From: Tubulanus polymorphus
Taxonomy: Eukaryota; Animalia; Nemertea
DNA: 64,000 nucleotides
Assembly (NCBI RefSeq): GCF_964204645.1
Contig: NC_134027.1
Span: 310,001-374,000 of the forward strand
Direction of reading: 5' to 3'
Of the stretch, positions 33,683-48,700 are shown in pieces. The position numbers were made by a program, and so were the translations under genes. The notes under the pieces are model-generated. The model was given only the letters and a program-made list of their open reading frames with translations, did no database searches and was not told the DNA's origin. The number at the start of each line of letters is the position of its first letter. Positions within the stretch are counted from its first letter, which is position 1.

Positions 33683-36600
33683 ATCTTTCATTGCCCGATC
33701 CAGGTGTTTAATTCACTTGTTATTTAACTCAGATTATGGATTTGATAGTTTATACGTCCATGCTCACATGATGATGATTTACTGTAGTTTGAGTAACGTT
33801 TTGCTCTTTAGCTATTGAATCCTAACTGTACCGTGACCTTCACCTCGCCAGTAGATGAGCAACCATTTAAGATAATAAAAAAACATAAACAGTTATTTTT
33901 TCTTCAAACACTTGTTCACAATCTACCGGTGTTTTATCGTTAGTTAACAGCGCAGGCGGAATTCTACACCGGTCAATGTATCATCAGTATTTAACCACAT
34001 CACTGACTCCAGGTAGAATCCCGATTGATAGAGATTCTATCAGTCACCCTGTGTAGGTATTCCAGCAGCACCAGAGTCGTTAATCTCCGGGAAATCCCAC
34101 AATCACAAATTTAATTTTCTCCGCATCAATAGAAATGTTCTGCCATTTTGCACGTCATGTCGACTCAATTAACCTGGACCAGACTGATACTAGTTTCACT
34201 GCGTATAATGGGTACAACATATATACCAGCCTTTCTCAATCTATGGAGGTGATAAGACCCTGAACCTCCTTCCTTCCAGATAGGTAAGAACCGACATCCT
34301 TGTGGCATTCGGGCGATTCGGTCCTGCGGGGAGATTGGGCTTCTCTCCAGCTAGCGGTGTTGGAGACCATTTATCCTAGCGTCTTGCTCCAACCTCCCTC
34401 TACCCAGAGAGGTTGGAGCCTCTTTCTAACCAGAGAGGTTGGAGCCTCCGTCAATCCAGAGAACACCGGCAGCAGCAGCAGCAGCAGCGGCAGCAGCGCT
34501 GGCAGGGCAGGTTTACCGATTACAACTTTGTTAATCGGAAAATACTCAAATTTCTGTGCGTTTTATTGGGCATTTTCTGTCGCATTTAGAACAACAGTAC
34601 TTAAAACACTCGTTACTTTAGACATTACTGTATCCAGTTACACAGTTCTCAATCTCTATACAAGATTCGACGCCGGGTTCATTACTGGAAGAGATGATAT
34701 TGCCGCAGAGTTAACTTCAGCAGTTAGTTTTAACCGTTAACGATAGAGATTCAATGTAAACTTATACAATCTTCTCATTACACCGTTCGTCATCTTGTTG
34801 TCGTGACAAAAAAATCAACACTGACCAAAATGGACAAACTAATATGGCATCTGGACGCGGGCGATGTATGATTGGCTATTAGTATCAAATAGCTAGGTCT
34901 ACCGTATTCCGTTTCAAAGCTAGCTAATACTTATCATAAGGATTACTTATCCTTGTCAGAAGAGAGGCCTCGGTAATCCCCTTGTAATCCCGGCATGACT
35001 TGCGGTAGGGGAGATCTATGTCAGAAAATCAATGTTTCTTCTTTTTTCTGACGCGAGATGGAAATCTATAATACCCGCTACAAATCCGGTGAGTGAGCGG
35101 GTTAAAATATCCCAGAATTCAAACTATCATTTCTTGAATTTAAACGAAAAACAAATCATCTTGAATCTCAATCAAAAAAAAAAATCAAAATAATCTCTTA
35201 AACAATTATAAGAAATGTAATCCCTGCATCACCCCCCTTTATTGGTAGGTTAATTTGGGATGACCTATATAAACTGTAGAACATGTGTTGACAAATTAAC
35301 AATTACTTTTACATAATGATAAATGAATTATTATATATCCTATCATATAAATCAGGAAATAATCTATAAGAACAACCCGAAAATGTTGATATTTAAATCT
35401 GGATCTCTGGAGCCGTGTGTTTCATATGGTTTCTGGGTGTGTTCGCGGATTACTCGAAAAAAAACCCAGAGTCTCGACTTTTTATCGAAAAACACAAAAG
35501 TAATTGATCTTAAGAAATAGAATGACAGCCAGAAGAAATATAGGTCTAACTAATGGTAGAATATCGATCGATTGTCCATGTTATACACGCAGGTCACGCA
35601 GTTACATCGTCGACCTCCAAAGTCACATATTCCAGATGACGCCAGTGACCTTGACACTAAGATCTGAGCTTTAAGGCGTCTTTTCTCAGATCTTTAATTT
35701 GCATTAACAGAAGTGTTTGTTTCCCAATAGATTACTGGTTGTATGAACAGATATATGAAGTAACTGTACTCAATGGAATACACGGCTTATAGCGCGACAA
35801 ATGGACTGATCGCCAGTGGACTCGTTTCGTCACTACAGTCCGCGACCTTTCTCTACTCACATCCATTCACGCAACAGTCTGTCTAATTACCTCTCAATTT
35901 TATATACATATTGTTGCACTCTGAGCAAGTGCCGCTTGTAGACTGCAGATTAGCTATATCACTCATATACTACAGCTCGTTGTGAGACATCTGTGGCTCA
36001 TATTCATCTCAACTCAAGACTCTTAGAATTGCCAATAATACAATTGATTCTAGCTCGTTAATTTGATTATTCTGTGAAAGACCGTTTATCCAGTTTATTA
36101 CGATTCTTTCCAGCATGTTCCAGCTTTATTTAACGAATCTATATCAACTTCAACATTTGGTCTTTGGATAATAGAAAAACCCGTATAACCTACGACAAGT
36201 TCACTTATGCCTACAAGATCCGTATTTTTGATGGCAGAATCACCGAAGATTTCTTTAAAAAAAACTTCTAGTCGAACGAGCGCACGAATAGAAGATTTCT
36301 TATTATATTGAACAACAGGACCAAGAACTGGCTGATCCGATGAAGTTTTAGTGTAGAATGTGTAAAAATATGTTCGTGGCAAGCAACTGGAAATTACACA
36401 AGTTTTAGTCTGATATATACATTTATTGATTGGTCTCTGTGGATAGAATACAGTACAGTACACTAACTCTAACTCTCTCTAATACAATAGAATGCTGCAA
36501 TAGAATATGTAGATTATGTAATAGCATAGCAAGAATGACATGTTTGACCTTGGAAATAACATCGCCTCTGAGCGCCATTCAGGTGAAGTGAGGATCTTCA

Positions 36601-39600
36601 TTCGTGGAATAAGAGATAACACTGTGAACGTTGCTGATGCTGTTTTACACTCTCTTAATCTACATCACGTGTCAAATATAACTCTTTAAACCACGATGAC
36701 GCGTTTTCTTCGTATAAAACTGATCTTTCATTAGCCAGATTCTATGCAGGTCAAGGTCAACACAAAACCCGTTTTTCTGTTTTGTAAAACATTTTCCAGA
36801 GAACTGATTTAAGATGCGGTCAAGGTTGAATTCAGATTGTTTATGACGATGTTTTATGTTCACAGATTATACGCATATATTGTAAACTTGAAAGGGCTGC
36901 ATTAGCGGAAGTCAAAATGTTACAAAATTCGGTCAATTTGTCAAGTAATGAAGGTTTCACTGCATTCAACAAATTACGACGAAAATTTGGGAAGATAATT
37001 GTAAGAAGTTGAAATGGGAGTTGTTTAAGACCTCAGGCGTGTGTGAGAGGTTTCAACCATGTACTGAGCTACGAATTATTGCGGTTTGATTCTGATCGTG
37101 TCATCCTTCGCCCAGTCCTGGAAGTGGTTGTATCCACAGTGATCTCTGTCATTGCTCTACGATCCTTTAGTGTACCCCCCCCCCCCTCAGTGGTACATCC
37201 CAGACAGCAAGGTTCTTGGTGAAGGTAACCCAAAGTAAAATAACAGCAGTTCATTTATTTCGACGAGGACACCCGGTTTTAGATCGGGCTTCCACCGAAT
37301 TGAAGAAACCTCACTCACTAATCAAACCGTATCCCTTATCTTTATCCTTCTGGGTTTGATTGGTTTTTTAATGAATTTCGTAGATTAAATCAATTTTTCT
37401 GTTTCTATAAGCAATAAATTACACGCCCTCCTACCTCTCAGGCAGACGGCTAAATCGTTAAAGATGATTTATATGAAAATAGCTCTTTGTTGATATCAAT
37501 ATTAATTCCAAACGGAAATTGAGAATTAGCCGAGATTTGTCTTTATTTCAATCTAAGAGGTTTATTTGCCGTTACTGCCGGTCTGGGATAGAAATAAAAT
37601 CTGATTTATTACAAGCTATGGTAAGGTTGTAGTACGCCAGGCAAAACATGTCATCCGACCGTTTATGAGTTTTCTCTATCAATCAAACTAAATCAGGGTA
37701 ATCCGCACTGAATGCGAACTGCGGGACCACGTAAATTAGTCGACCGCAGAACTCCGCCTCAAAGATCGACAAATTGGTTTATCGTAAATTGCTGTACTTT
37801 AGAATTGATGGTATTCGCAAACCTCGGGTGAATTTGGTTCCATGAACGGCTAGTTGCTATAGCTTCTTCATTTAGGTCGATGGTTTTTTGCTGCTGGTGC
37901 TGGCGCTGGTTATAGCGGCTTGTTAGTGGGTAACAGGGGACATGATTTGTATATTTGTGGTCAGTGGATCCTCCAATGATTGCCATCATTAAGCGAACGC
38001 AACACAATATTTTTTTTCTGATAACGATACAAGGCAGTGGAGAGTAGGTCGCGTTAGACACGATGATAACTTGATTTACGCCAAAAAAATATGTACAATG
38101 TTTCCTATACTACGTTATTGTAAAAATTCAATGCTTTTTGAATCTCAAGAATTATGTATGTAAAATATCTACGAGATTTAGATTTTCAAGACCTTTGCGA
38201 TAAAAAAATCAATAAGTTCTTTCTGATAAGCAGTATATAAGGCCTTCAGTCATAAGTCGCAAGGGTGTGGCCCTGAAAAAAAGGCTTTAACACCAAGTGT
38301 GCTAATTACTATCCAAAATAAGCTTAGTTCGGTCTCATCAAAAGTTCCATAATGAAACTGAAGAAACGAAATTCCTGTTTCAATAATTCAGATTGTTGCT
38401 ATAGAGAGGGGTACCTCCGGTGGTGTCACGTGATATGTAAATTGCTGCCTCGCTTCTGTCTCTTCTAGTCCTCGCTGGAGTTAAACCGATGCAGTGTCTG
38501 GTACTACACGCTGTGATACTGCTGTGCCGGGTAATTATCTACAAGACTAGTTACAAGTGCATCCTCTTGAGGGCAATATATTCAAATTTCTCGAACACAT
38601 TGAAACTACCCTCAGTCAAACGCGGCGTGAAAAATGACTTCCCGCGAATATTCACCAAAACCCAAATGAAATATATCCAGACTTCAACACGAAATTCTGT
38701 CGCTTAAAAATAAAATTAAATCATGATAATCAATATCTCTGCAGACCCTCCCCTCCCTCTTCGAGCCTCGAATTTGTCTGGTAATTCTCAGCTCCCCACG
38801 GGCGCGTCGCTGAATACCTCTGATAAAGTTTCTGCGTCTCGCGTTAATTCGTTATGCCTAAAACGCGGTATACGGAAACTGTATACGGAATGTGGCCCGG
38901 ACTATACAGAAGATAACGCGATTATAGCAGACGTTTGACAAACCATCATCTCATTAAACACGACATTTTGATTGATTCATCCAAATATGAAAAAACTACT
39001 GTTCAACAATAATCCGAGAATGTATTGATTTTCCCGGGACTGGCTGCTCGCGTGGTTCTAATCGAGACTGGCTGCTCGCATGGTTCTTATTTCCTCAACA
39101 AATTGCGACGGTTAGTCTTTTCTCTCGGTCGGTCACCCCGTCTGCACTTACTCGAGAAACATGAACACGGTTAGATCGATCAGGATTTCTCGAGTATAAA
39201 CAGATAGAGCGCACGAGCCCAGTACTGTATCGTACTCTACTCGATCAACGGTAATTTATCCGATGAAATCGTCTGAAGTAACAGAAATTTAATCGAATTA
39301 AATATTTCTGGTGAAACTTGACTCAAGGCATTACTGGGAGATAAGAAGTGAAATGAAGCCTGGTTATGGAATTCGGCAGCCATGACGCCACGCGTTCAAA
39401 ATTATGCTTTAATAAACGACCTTCCGATTGTTAATATATAGACCATATTGCAATATATCTTCCCAGATCTTCGGTTCAAAGATGGACTATTTGACGCGAA
39501 CGTTAAGTGAACTTTGTGTCAAGACTGTCCTCGATCCCGGGTCCCCAAATGATTTTCAATCTTTATGGATCGATATATTATATACATTTATATGTTTTCA

Positions 39601-39700
39601 GGATTCCCGGATGACATAGTCAAAGCAACCACGCAACAATGATCATCAATCAGCCAATCAGCTAGCTGATCTCCTCCTCAATGGCTGCAGATATACTACT

Positions 39701-42700
39701 ATGACTGATGCGACACCTAGTGACGAAACGAGACACGAATATTTACCCAAAACGAACGGAGAGTCGGCTGCGGCAGCGGAGGATCGTCTGCTACCGAGGA
39801 CTAGTAAAACATACGACAATGGACAGGAAGAGGTCGCGGGCTCAGACGTACCGTTATTGGCGTCGGAAACGAGCCCGAAAACGCCCGAACGTGAAGTAAT
39901 GATAACTCTAGCGAATGGAACAGTCTGCTTACCCCAAACTAATAATAAAATAATAGTCCCTTTAGCGCGTATATCTTATGCAGATACAGAGTTGAATTAT
40001 ACAACTACCGATGACGATGAGGAAAACGATGCTAAAGATACGGGTGAAGATGAAAATAAGGATGATGAAACTCAACGTGATTTAACGATACCCGCGCCGA
40101 GTCGGAATCCAACACCGCGTGGTTCTCGGTTAGATTTACGATTAAACTCGGATACCACTAATCGTCGGAATCGATTTACGCGTTTTAGGGCTCCGGAGTT
40201 CGACGCCTCAGAAGATGAACAGCAGCAGCAGCATCAGCAGCAGCAGCAGCAGAATTCATCGCGGGCCGTACAGGCTGACCTGTCACCTGACGACCTGTAC
40301 GAGCCTGCTATGAGTAACAGGAGACGACAGTTTATCGGAACTTGTTTCACGTTTATCTATATTATCCTAGCGATAATCGCCGTGGTTTTCACGTATTCGC
40401 TGATCTATGATTTAGTGAAAGCTATGAATCATCCTGTTCGTTCAATACATTACCGACAAGTGAAAGAGTACGAAGCACCTGGTAATGTATCTTATTTACT
40501 TAATATTTCATTTATAAAATATGTGATATTAGATATATCTGCGAGGCAGCGATAACGGGTTTTCCGCTGTATCTACTTTAATTATTACACATAGAATGAC
40601 CTGATATTCAAAATAGCCGCAAGGCAGCGATAACGGTTTTTCTACTCTACTTATTCAAGTACTAAATATAGCCGCAAGGCAGCAATAACGGTTTTTCTAC
40701 TCTACTTATTCCAGTACTAAATATAGCCGCAAGGCAGCGATAACGGTTTTTCTACTCTACTTATTCAAGTACTAAATATAGCCGCAAGGCAGCGATAACG
40801 GTTTTTCTACTCTACTTATTCCAGTACTAAATATAGCTGCAAGGCAGCGATAGCGGTTTCCGTCCGTGGGGATCTGCCACGGCAGATCCACCAGGTGTCG
40901 CTAGTAATAACTAGGTTTTTCACGCGTAAATCAATAATGAATGAATTTAGTCCAACTGGTGGCGTGTACCGGTACTAAATCATATCGTCTGCACAGAACC
41001 GGAAATGTAAAATATATGTATGTATGCAGAACAGGATATTGGTATTTTGTTGATAATGTAAGAACTTCGCGATTCGCGCAACACTAAGCGCGCAGGGAGC
41101 TAGCGAGCGCAACGTGTTACTAAAATAAATATTATCAATTCTTATTTAATCAGCTGTTTATAATGCACTTTTGTATAAATATTATCACTTCAACTATTTA
41201 CACAACTTACCGAGATGGGTGGCCTAAATATCAATTCATAAAAACGTATATAGAAAATGATTTACGATTGAAAAGCTATAGACATGGTTTACTGGGTCCA
41301 GATACGGTTAGAGTCGTCTGGGTTCCGACTGTTGAATGAAGCCCCACGTGTTTCTAAATGTTCATTAGTATTTTACCAGAGAAAGACTTCCTTTGACGAA
41401 GATAAGATTGTCGTCTAATGTGAGACGCCATTATATCTAGAACATTATGACGTCTAAATGATCGCGATTCCGTAAGCTGAAAATTTCCATTCGAGTCCTA
41501 GAAAAAAATACATTTTCGAAATTCGAATAGGAGTCACACGTTAGTCACGTGTTCCATTAGAATACTTCCGCTGTCTGGCCAATTTGAGAGTTACGTAACA
41601 GGAAGTTTGATTTTAATGACGTCATTTAGAATCAGTTCGTGTTTGGTTTGAATTCGATTTTCAATTATTTGAACAGATCAGGAAAAGAGTGTCAGGATCT
41701 TCTGTCAGCTTCACCGCAGTAAGAGACGCAGAGTTCTTCCGTCAGTTTAACTGCAGTAAGAGACACAGAGTTTACAGAGTATCTGATAAACTCAGTATTT
41801 GACACCAACTCGGGGTAGAATTTTACCGGTCTTAACTTTACCGCAGTAAGAGACAGAGTCTACTGTATTTCACAAACTCTTACTCAGTATTTGACACCAA
41901 CTCGAGGTAGAATTTTACCGGTCTCAACTTTACCGCAGTAAGAGACAGAGTCTACTGTATTTCACAAACTCTTACTCAGTATTTGACACCAACTCGAGGT
42001 AGAATTTTACCGGTCTCAACTTTACCGCAGTAAGAGACAGAGTCTACTGTATTTCACAAACTCTTACTCAGTATTTGACACCAACTCGAGGTAGAATTTT
42101 ACCGGTCTCAACTTTACCGCAGTAAGAGACAGAGTCTACTGTATTTCACAAACTCTTACTCAGTATTTGACACCAACTCGAGGTAGAATTTTACCGGTCT
42201 CAACTTTACCGCAGTAAGAGACAGAGTCTACTGTATTTCACAAACTCTTACTCAGTATTTGACACCAACTCGGGGTAGAATTTTACCGGTCTCAACTTAA
42301 CCGCAGTAAGAGACAGAGTCTACTGTATTTCATAAACTCAATATTTGACACCAACTCGCGGTAGAATTTTACTGGTCTCAACTTTACCGCAGTAAGAGAC
42401 AGAGTCTACTGTATTTCATAAACTCAGTATTTGACACCAAATAGGGGTAGAATTTTACCTAATAAACTCTAGTTATATAAGTAAGTTGAGGTATGATTAT
42501 GTAGGTTACTCTAGTACGATCGGGTCCTTAGTTTGGACCGATGGGAAATCGACATTTTTATATCAATACAAACCTCAATAAAGCTCTCAGTGGTATAAAT
42601 ATCTCGTGTGGCTGAAATCATTGAAAGCATTCTGAATTTATTGCATTTATATAGACCAGGCTGGTAATGGTTGCTATTTGATTTTAGTTTGGTCCATTGA

Positions 42701-45700
42701 GTGGTTTTATTTATATATGGTATATTGTGATTGGGGTTTGTTTACCGGGATGATGTTCGCAAACCCCAAAGCGACGCCGGTATGATGACAAAAAACTGTC
42801 GAATATGGATACCAGCAATATATAAATGAATGACGCTGAAAAAACTGAACTTAATATCAACCGTAAAAAATATCAGAATTATAATGGAATATTGCATTAT
42901 GTGTAGGCAGTGTTACACATACAATAGCTGTTCCATGAAATATACGGTTTATGATTCATGCCATAGAATAGAAAATGTGATATTCAGGCTTGTAACCTGG
43001 CCGAATTAGGGTTCTCGGGGACATGGTTCTCGGGGACATGGTTCTCAATGATGGTTGCTGCTCGACCGACTGATGCTACAGATATAGCTCATGTTACCCA
43101 TTACCATTAACTACCACCAATATTCCCAGATGTAACAAGAAATTAGCGTTTTCTTCACTCATAAAATATTAATAAATTCGACACTGAATAAAACGATAAA
43201 CCAACACTACAGTCAGTAATCCCGAACTCTAGATTAGTAAGAGGAGGAATATTGTTGGTTTTATGGACGTTGTTCCTCGGTAACTACGTGATCGCGCATT
43301 CAACGCTGCGTGGATATCGTATGAATGTGTGTCTCTTATTAATCAAATTGTGAGAAAAGACACAAATTTGATGTCAGTTTTGTCAGACGACTGATGCATA
43401 TGAAATAACCTCTAATATCTCCATTAATTCCTAAACACTTTATTCAGCCATTCACAGCAAACAGCCATCTACATCAATTCCATCCCGAAGATAATCAGTT
43501 ATGATATTACTCATCCATGTGTTCTTGGGACCTAATACTATAATTGTTGGGCGCACAGCCCCGCTGGGCGCAGAGCCGAAGTGGGGGCACATGCGCGGTG
43601 GGCGCACAGCTGAAGTGTGCACACAGCGGCGGTGGGCACACAGCCGTATCTTATGATTTGAAAGGACTGAAATTAATGAACAGAAAATTCTGAAGACGAA
43701 CATGGTGTTAATGGAATTGCATTGAATCCCAAAGCATCCTGTATAAAGTAATTAACAATAGAAGATTATTTTTCGGTCAAATTGCGGGGATATTTTGTAT
43801 TTGTTATCAAGAAATGTTGGCGTTAAACGAGCGCCTGGTGTATTATAACGGATCTGGTGTATACGTGCCAGTGCGGTCCCGTGAGTCCTATAGAATCATC
43901 AATATCCATGAGGAGTGTGGGGCTGCACTCACTGTTATCTCGCAGCAGGCTCCAACAAAGAAACATCCATCTGTTCTTACCTCTTCATCTCCTGATATTA
44001 ACACATTTCCTGCTTGCTGAATAAAATCCATTATTCTGTCAATAAACAGTCAGAACCGTCCTCTTAAAGACACCACGTGTCTTAGACATGTCTACAAGGT
44101 GAAGGTCATTAGTAGAAAAAAAGAAACAGTTACATTATATGCATTGTATGATGCATACATTGTAAGAGACAATTTCCGTAAAGATGTAAATTCTCCGAAA
44201 GTATCAATGACTCATAGGAAAAAGCTTATTTTGAGAAACCTGGCCTTGACCTTGTTTGATACACTTGTCGTAACTGAAAAGATACCTGGTCCCGATTTTA
44301 TCAGATCAGTTATCTGTTTTGATCAAACACACGTGTACAACATGTAGGCTAGCCTTAAAAAGATGCTTTTACAACATTTAGCAACTCGTTTAGGGGTGAA
44401 AGCAGTTACTGTCACAGCCATGTCGACATTCGGGCGGGCTGAGGGAGGATGTAAATAATTCAGTTATTCATGAATAGAGTTTGATGAAATGAATTTGTAG
44501 CTAATGGGTTTATGTTATGTAATATATATCTCCAGTTGGTTTTACTTTGAGTACGACGGCCATCACACGGCGGCCATCACTGCAATATGGTCGGGTTAAA
44601 TAGCACATGAGGGAACTATCAGTTTTACCGCCATCATTCAATTATCGTTTGGTGCATACAAATTACCGATGAAAGACATCGCGTTCAGATGCGTTCTAAA
44701 ATGCGGCAAGTGCTCGCACCACAAAACATATGTTTATCTCTGAGATAAACTACCTGTTCATCGGCGTTCTTCCGCTCAACGTGAAACGTTTGAAAGAACA
44801 TTGAAATATCATAGCGTTTACTCCGTCTATACTGCTGGGAAACAAATCCATGGAATAAAAATATCGGACTAAACAAAAGCTAACTGAGACCCCACGAGAA
44901 CGGGTTGTATGGATCACAAAACAAACAACTCAAACCACAGGACTCAGTAACATACTGTCAGTTCACCATCTAAATTAGTTATTTTCTATTGATTTAATTT
45001 AGTTGTGGTTTATTTGTTTATCATACAGAAAACGGTAATGATTTAGCATAAGAAACTCAAGATTTTAGTCTAAATATCTAAGATTTAGTCTCAGAATCTA
45101 TCGAATACGTTTTTTTTTTTAGAAATTCAACCTCCTTTTCACTGAGGCTCGATGATATTTATTCTGTTCCCGTGAAATGAAGGCATGATTTCAATCCATT
45201 TCATACAAGGGGAATGAAGTGAAGCAATTTCAACTGACACTTTTCACATTTACTTAAAGATATCACGGAAAGAACTGTCATCGCGATAAAAGGAAACCTT
45301 ACTTATATCAGACTTAGGAGAGATCTTCTCAAATTTGAGTATATTTCCTCAAATTCTTGTTTAACGGGTAGTTCAAGACGAACGAAGGGGCTTCTGGTAT
45401 TCTCTTGTGGTAGTCCAACTGAGATCTGTTGACTCTCGCTAGCAGTCCAGAAGACTGAGACGTGTTCGGACCCTCGCTAGACATTCAGGGCCGTCACAAA
45501 CCATTTAATCACTTTCTGTATCGAATAAAAAACAGGTCTACATAAAAAAGAAGGAAGTAGTTTTTGTCAGATAAATGGATCTGGAGAAAGACAAGACAAG
45601 ACAAGACATCAGAGCGCATTATCACTGCACTGATATCTCTCTAATCTATTCCTCGAGGCTTCCATCAACAACGACAGCAACAACCAGTAAACCAAATCAC

Positions 45701-48700
45701 CAGACTGCCGAATTGTATAGACCAATCCTCAGATGATAGTTCAGTAATTCAGATCATAAGGGGCACATGTAAAATCAGACTAGGAGAAATAAAAGGGTGC
45801 CAGTAAATCTAGAGAATATCCTGTAAATCTAGAGGATATCGATTTATATTCCAGGGAGACACTGTACCACCTCAGTGTTTAGTGTTTGTCCCTGATTGAA
45901 CGGAGCAACCACACGAGTTATCTTATATTCCAGATTCATACTTTCTGTGATCAATTTCTGTGATGAAACAAGAGACAGTTATTTTATGATTAACCTGACG
46001 CTGGCTGCTGGTTTCAGATTACAATTCATAGCTTGCCGGAGTCGCTTCCTTGACTCGGAGCCATTTCGCGGCACAGCATATTGTGTTGTTATCATTTGCA
46101 GAATAAAACATACCAAACGTTTCCTCCCTGTGACTCCCCTCCCCTCCCTCTCTGACTCGCCCTCTCCCCCTCTTTGACTCCCCTCCACTCCCCGTTACAT
46201 CACGAGGTGGCATTTTCATTTATATTTTTGCTAGTGCATTTGCCAGGGGCAAATATGAATGAATTTGAAATCTATGAAAAATAACCAGATATCAATATTC
46301 TTTATTGCTATAATGGAGTGAACTATGTCGTTAACTTCAATTTGGCATTGAACTAAATACTCAAAATACAAATCATTTTCATGGGAAAATTATTACATCG
46401 AAAAAGACATAAAACTGAGAATAGAGTGGAATAATTTAATTATCACAGTTTTTATGAGCAAAAATTTCAAATAGTAGAAACAGCGAAGATCGTAAAAGAT
46501 AATGTGATATAATTTGCGTCACAGAATTGAGAGATTCAATGGAATTAATGGAAAAAAGTAGGTCTGTAATGTACACGTGTTTGTAGTTTCATTTCATTCA
46601 CGTAAAAGCAAGGTTAGAAATGTGAAGACAAAAACCCAATGATGAGGCTAAAAATGATACTATTATTTCTCCTAATCGACTGGGTCATTTTATGAACCAA
46701 AATAGTGATCAGTTCATTTCTGTAGCTGCCGGGTTTGTTATGATTTGCTTGATCATGGCATGTAAAGGGTAAATAGGCGGCCGGTCGGGTCAACTTATAA
46801 GCTCAGCAGAAATAAGAAAAAGGTATCAATTTTTTAGCTTCAGTTTATGAGGTTGCAACCCGGTTCGATAACTCACAACTGAAGAACTAATTTTGAATTT
46901 GGCTTTCAATAACGAAGGTCAAGTGCGGAAGTTTGATTTTCACTTTCGATGCTGCATCCACTGCGGAGTCTAATCTTACCCGAGGGAGGTCTGAACCACT
47001 TCCTACTAGATCTAATCCTCAACTCAACACTTCACCAGTTTCAATAATCAGATTCAAAGTAAATGAACTCTTTCCCAGCACCTCTCACTGGTTTTCATCG
47101 GTATCGAATTGAAAACACCTTTCATACAAGCAGCAACAACAACAAACCTCGAGCATTGTTTCAGTGTATCTACATCTCTATCGAAAAAAAAACTAAACTT
47201 GAACATCCAATAACAAACTGTGAGATTTAGAAGTCATTAGGACACAGATTCCACCAGGGACTCGCCGTTTCAGAGTCCATACAGTTCCACCAGGGACTCG
47301 CCGTTTCAGAGTCCACACAGTTCCACCAGGGACTCGCCGTTTCAGAGTCCTCACAGTTCCCCCAGGGACTCGCCGTCCACAGTTCGTCTGTGGAACCAAC
47401 AAAAAATTGTCATTGAATGTGTCAGTAATTTTTCGTAATAAGACTTAGACTAGTGTTTATTGCGGCAACAGAGTCTACAAGCAATTGTTGTATTGTTAGA
47501 ATAGATAGTTACCACACCTGACTGGTCACCAGTTACCACACCTGACTGGTCACCAGTTACCACACCTGACTGGTCACCAGTTACCACACCTGACTGGTCA
47601 CCAGTTACCACACCTGACTGGTCACCACTCAGCTCACTGGTCACCACTGACCATTGCACCAACTTACAAACTCACTTGATCACTACAGCTCAGTGGTCTA
47701 GCGGTTAGGACGGCGGATTGTCAACTGAGAGTCCCAGGTTCGAATCCTGGTGGGGCTTAGTGCTAGGGTTAGGGTTACGATCAGCGGTTAGGGTTATGGA
47801 TCACGGCTAGGGGTACGATTGCGATATTTTGGTAAAACACTTGAAAACTGCAAACATTTTTGTGATTGTCTTAAATCTAAGCTCAGACTGCATTCAACCG
47901 AATGAACCCATTTGTTGAGATTGTTAGGATTGTTTATTTGTTATTTTATTTATACTATTAATGTGTTTATTTGTTTATTTCAGGTATTGTTGTTTATCCT
48001 GGTGGTGCTGAATTATTGGCTTGTGGACATTATTTTAACAACATTGTTACCTCAAAAGGTTCGTGTCTTTCTACTGATCTCTTCTGCTGTACAGCAGTAA
48101 TACATAAACTATCCACAGAATAAACAGTCACTGGAGAAACTCAGAAACAAATTCATTTATTTATGATAACACCATTGTATAAATAGATCACGGTGTCTTT
48201 TCTGTCCTCGGTTTCATTAGCATTTCCCGGGTGAACTGTGAGCAAAGGTATATATGTAATACGGGGACGCCGGGCAGAGAAACACGTGAGAAAATATTCT
48301 ATTAATTTCCCCGAAGAGGCAGTAAAATCTAACCCATAAAAATTGCGACAGTAGCAGCAGCACTACCGGGTCAAGGCTATTCAAGACAACTAGACAGCTA
48401 GGTCGTGTCACAACTACATATAGACAGCTAGGTCGTGTCAACCTACATATAGACAGCTAGACAGCTAGGTCGTGTCACACCTACATATAGACAGCTAGGC
48501 AGCTAGGTCGTGTCACACCTACACATAGACAGCTAGGTCGTGTCACACCTACATATAGACGGCTAGGCAGCTAGGTCGTGTCACACCTACATATAGACAG
48601 CTAGGCAGCTAGGTCGTGTCACACCTACATATAGACAGCTAGACAGCTAGGTCGTGTTACACCTACATATAGACAGCTAGGCAGCTAGGTCGTGTCACAC

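Noticed and set aside
34300-34740. 146-aa ORF with Ser run
   Set aside because: Non-ATG start, includes an internal direct repeat and a CAG tract; no family motif recognised on either strand
47688-47757. Functional tRNA gene (Asp/Glu-like); likewise 2065-2135
   Set aside because: Anticodon stem does not pair, acceptor stem is weak, and the anticodon loop differs between copies
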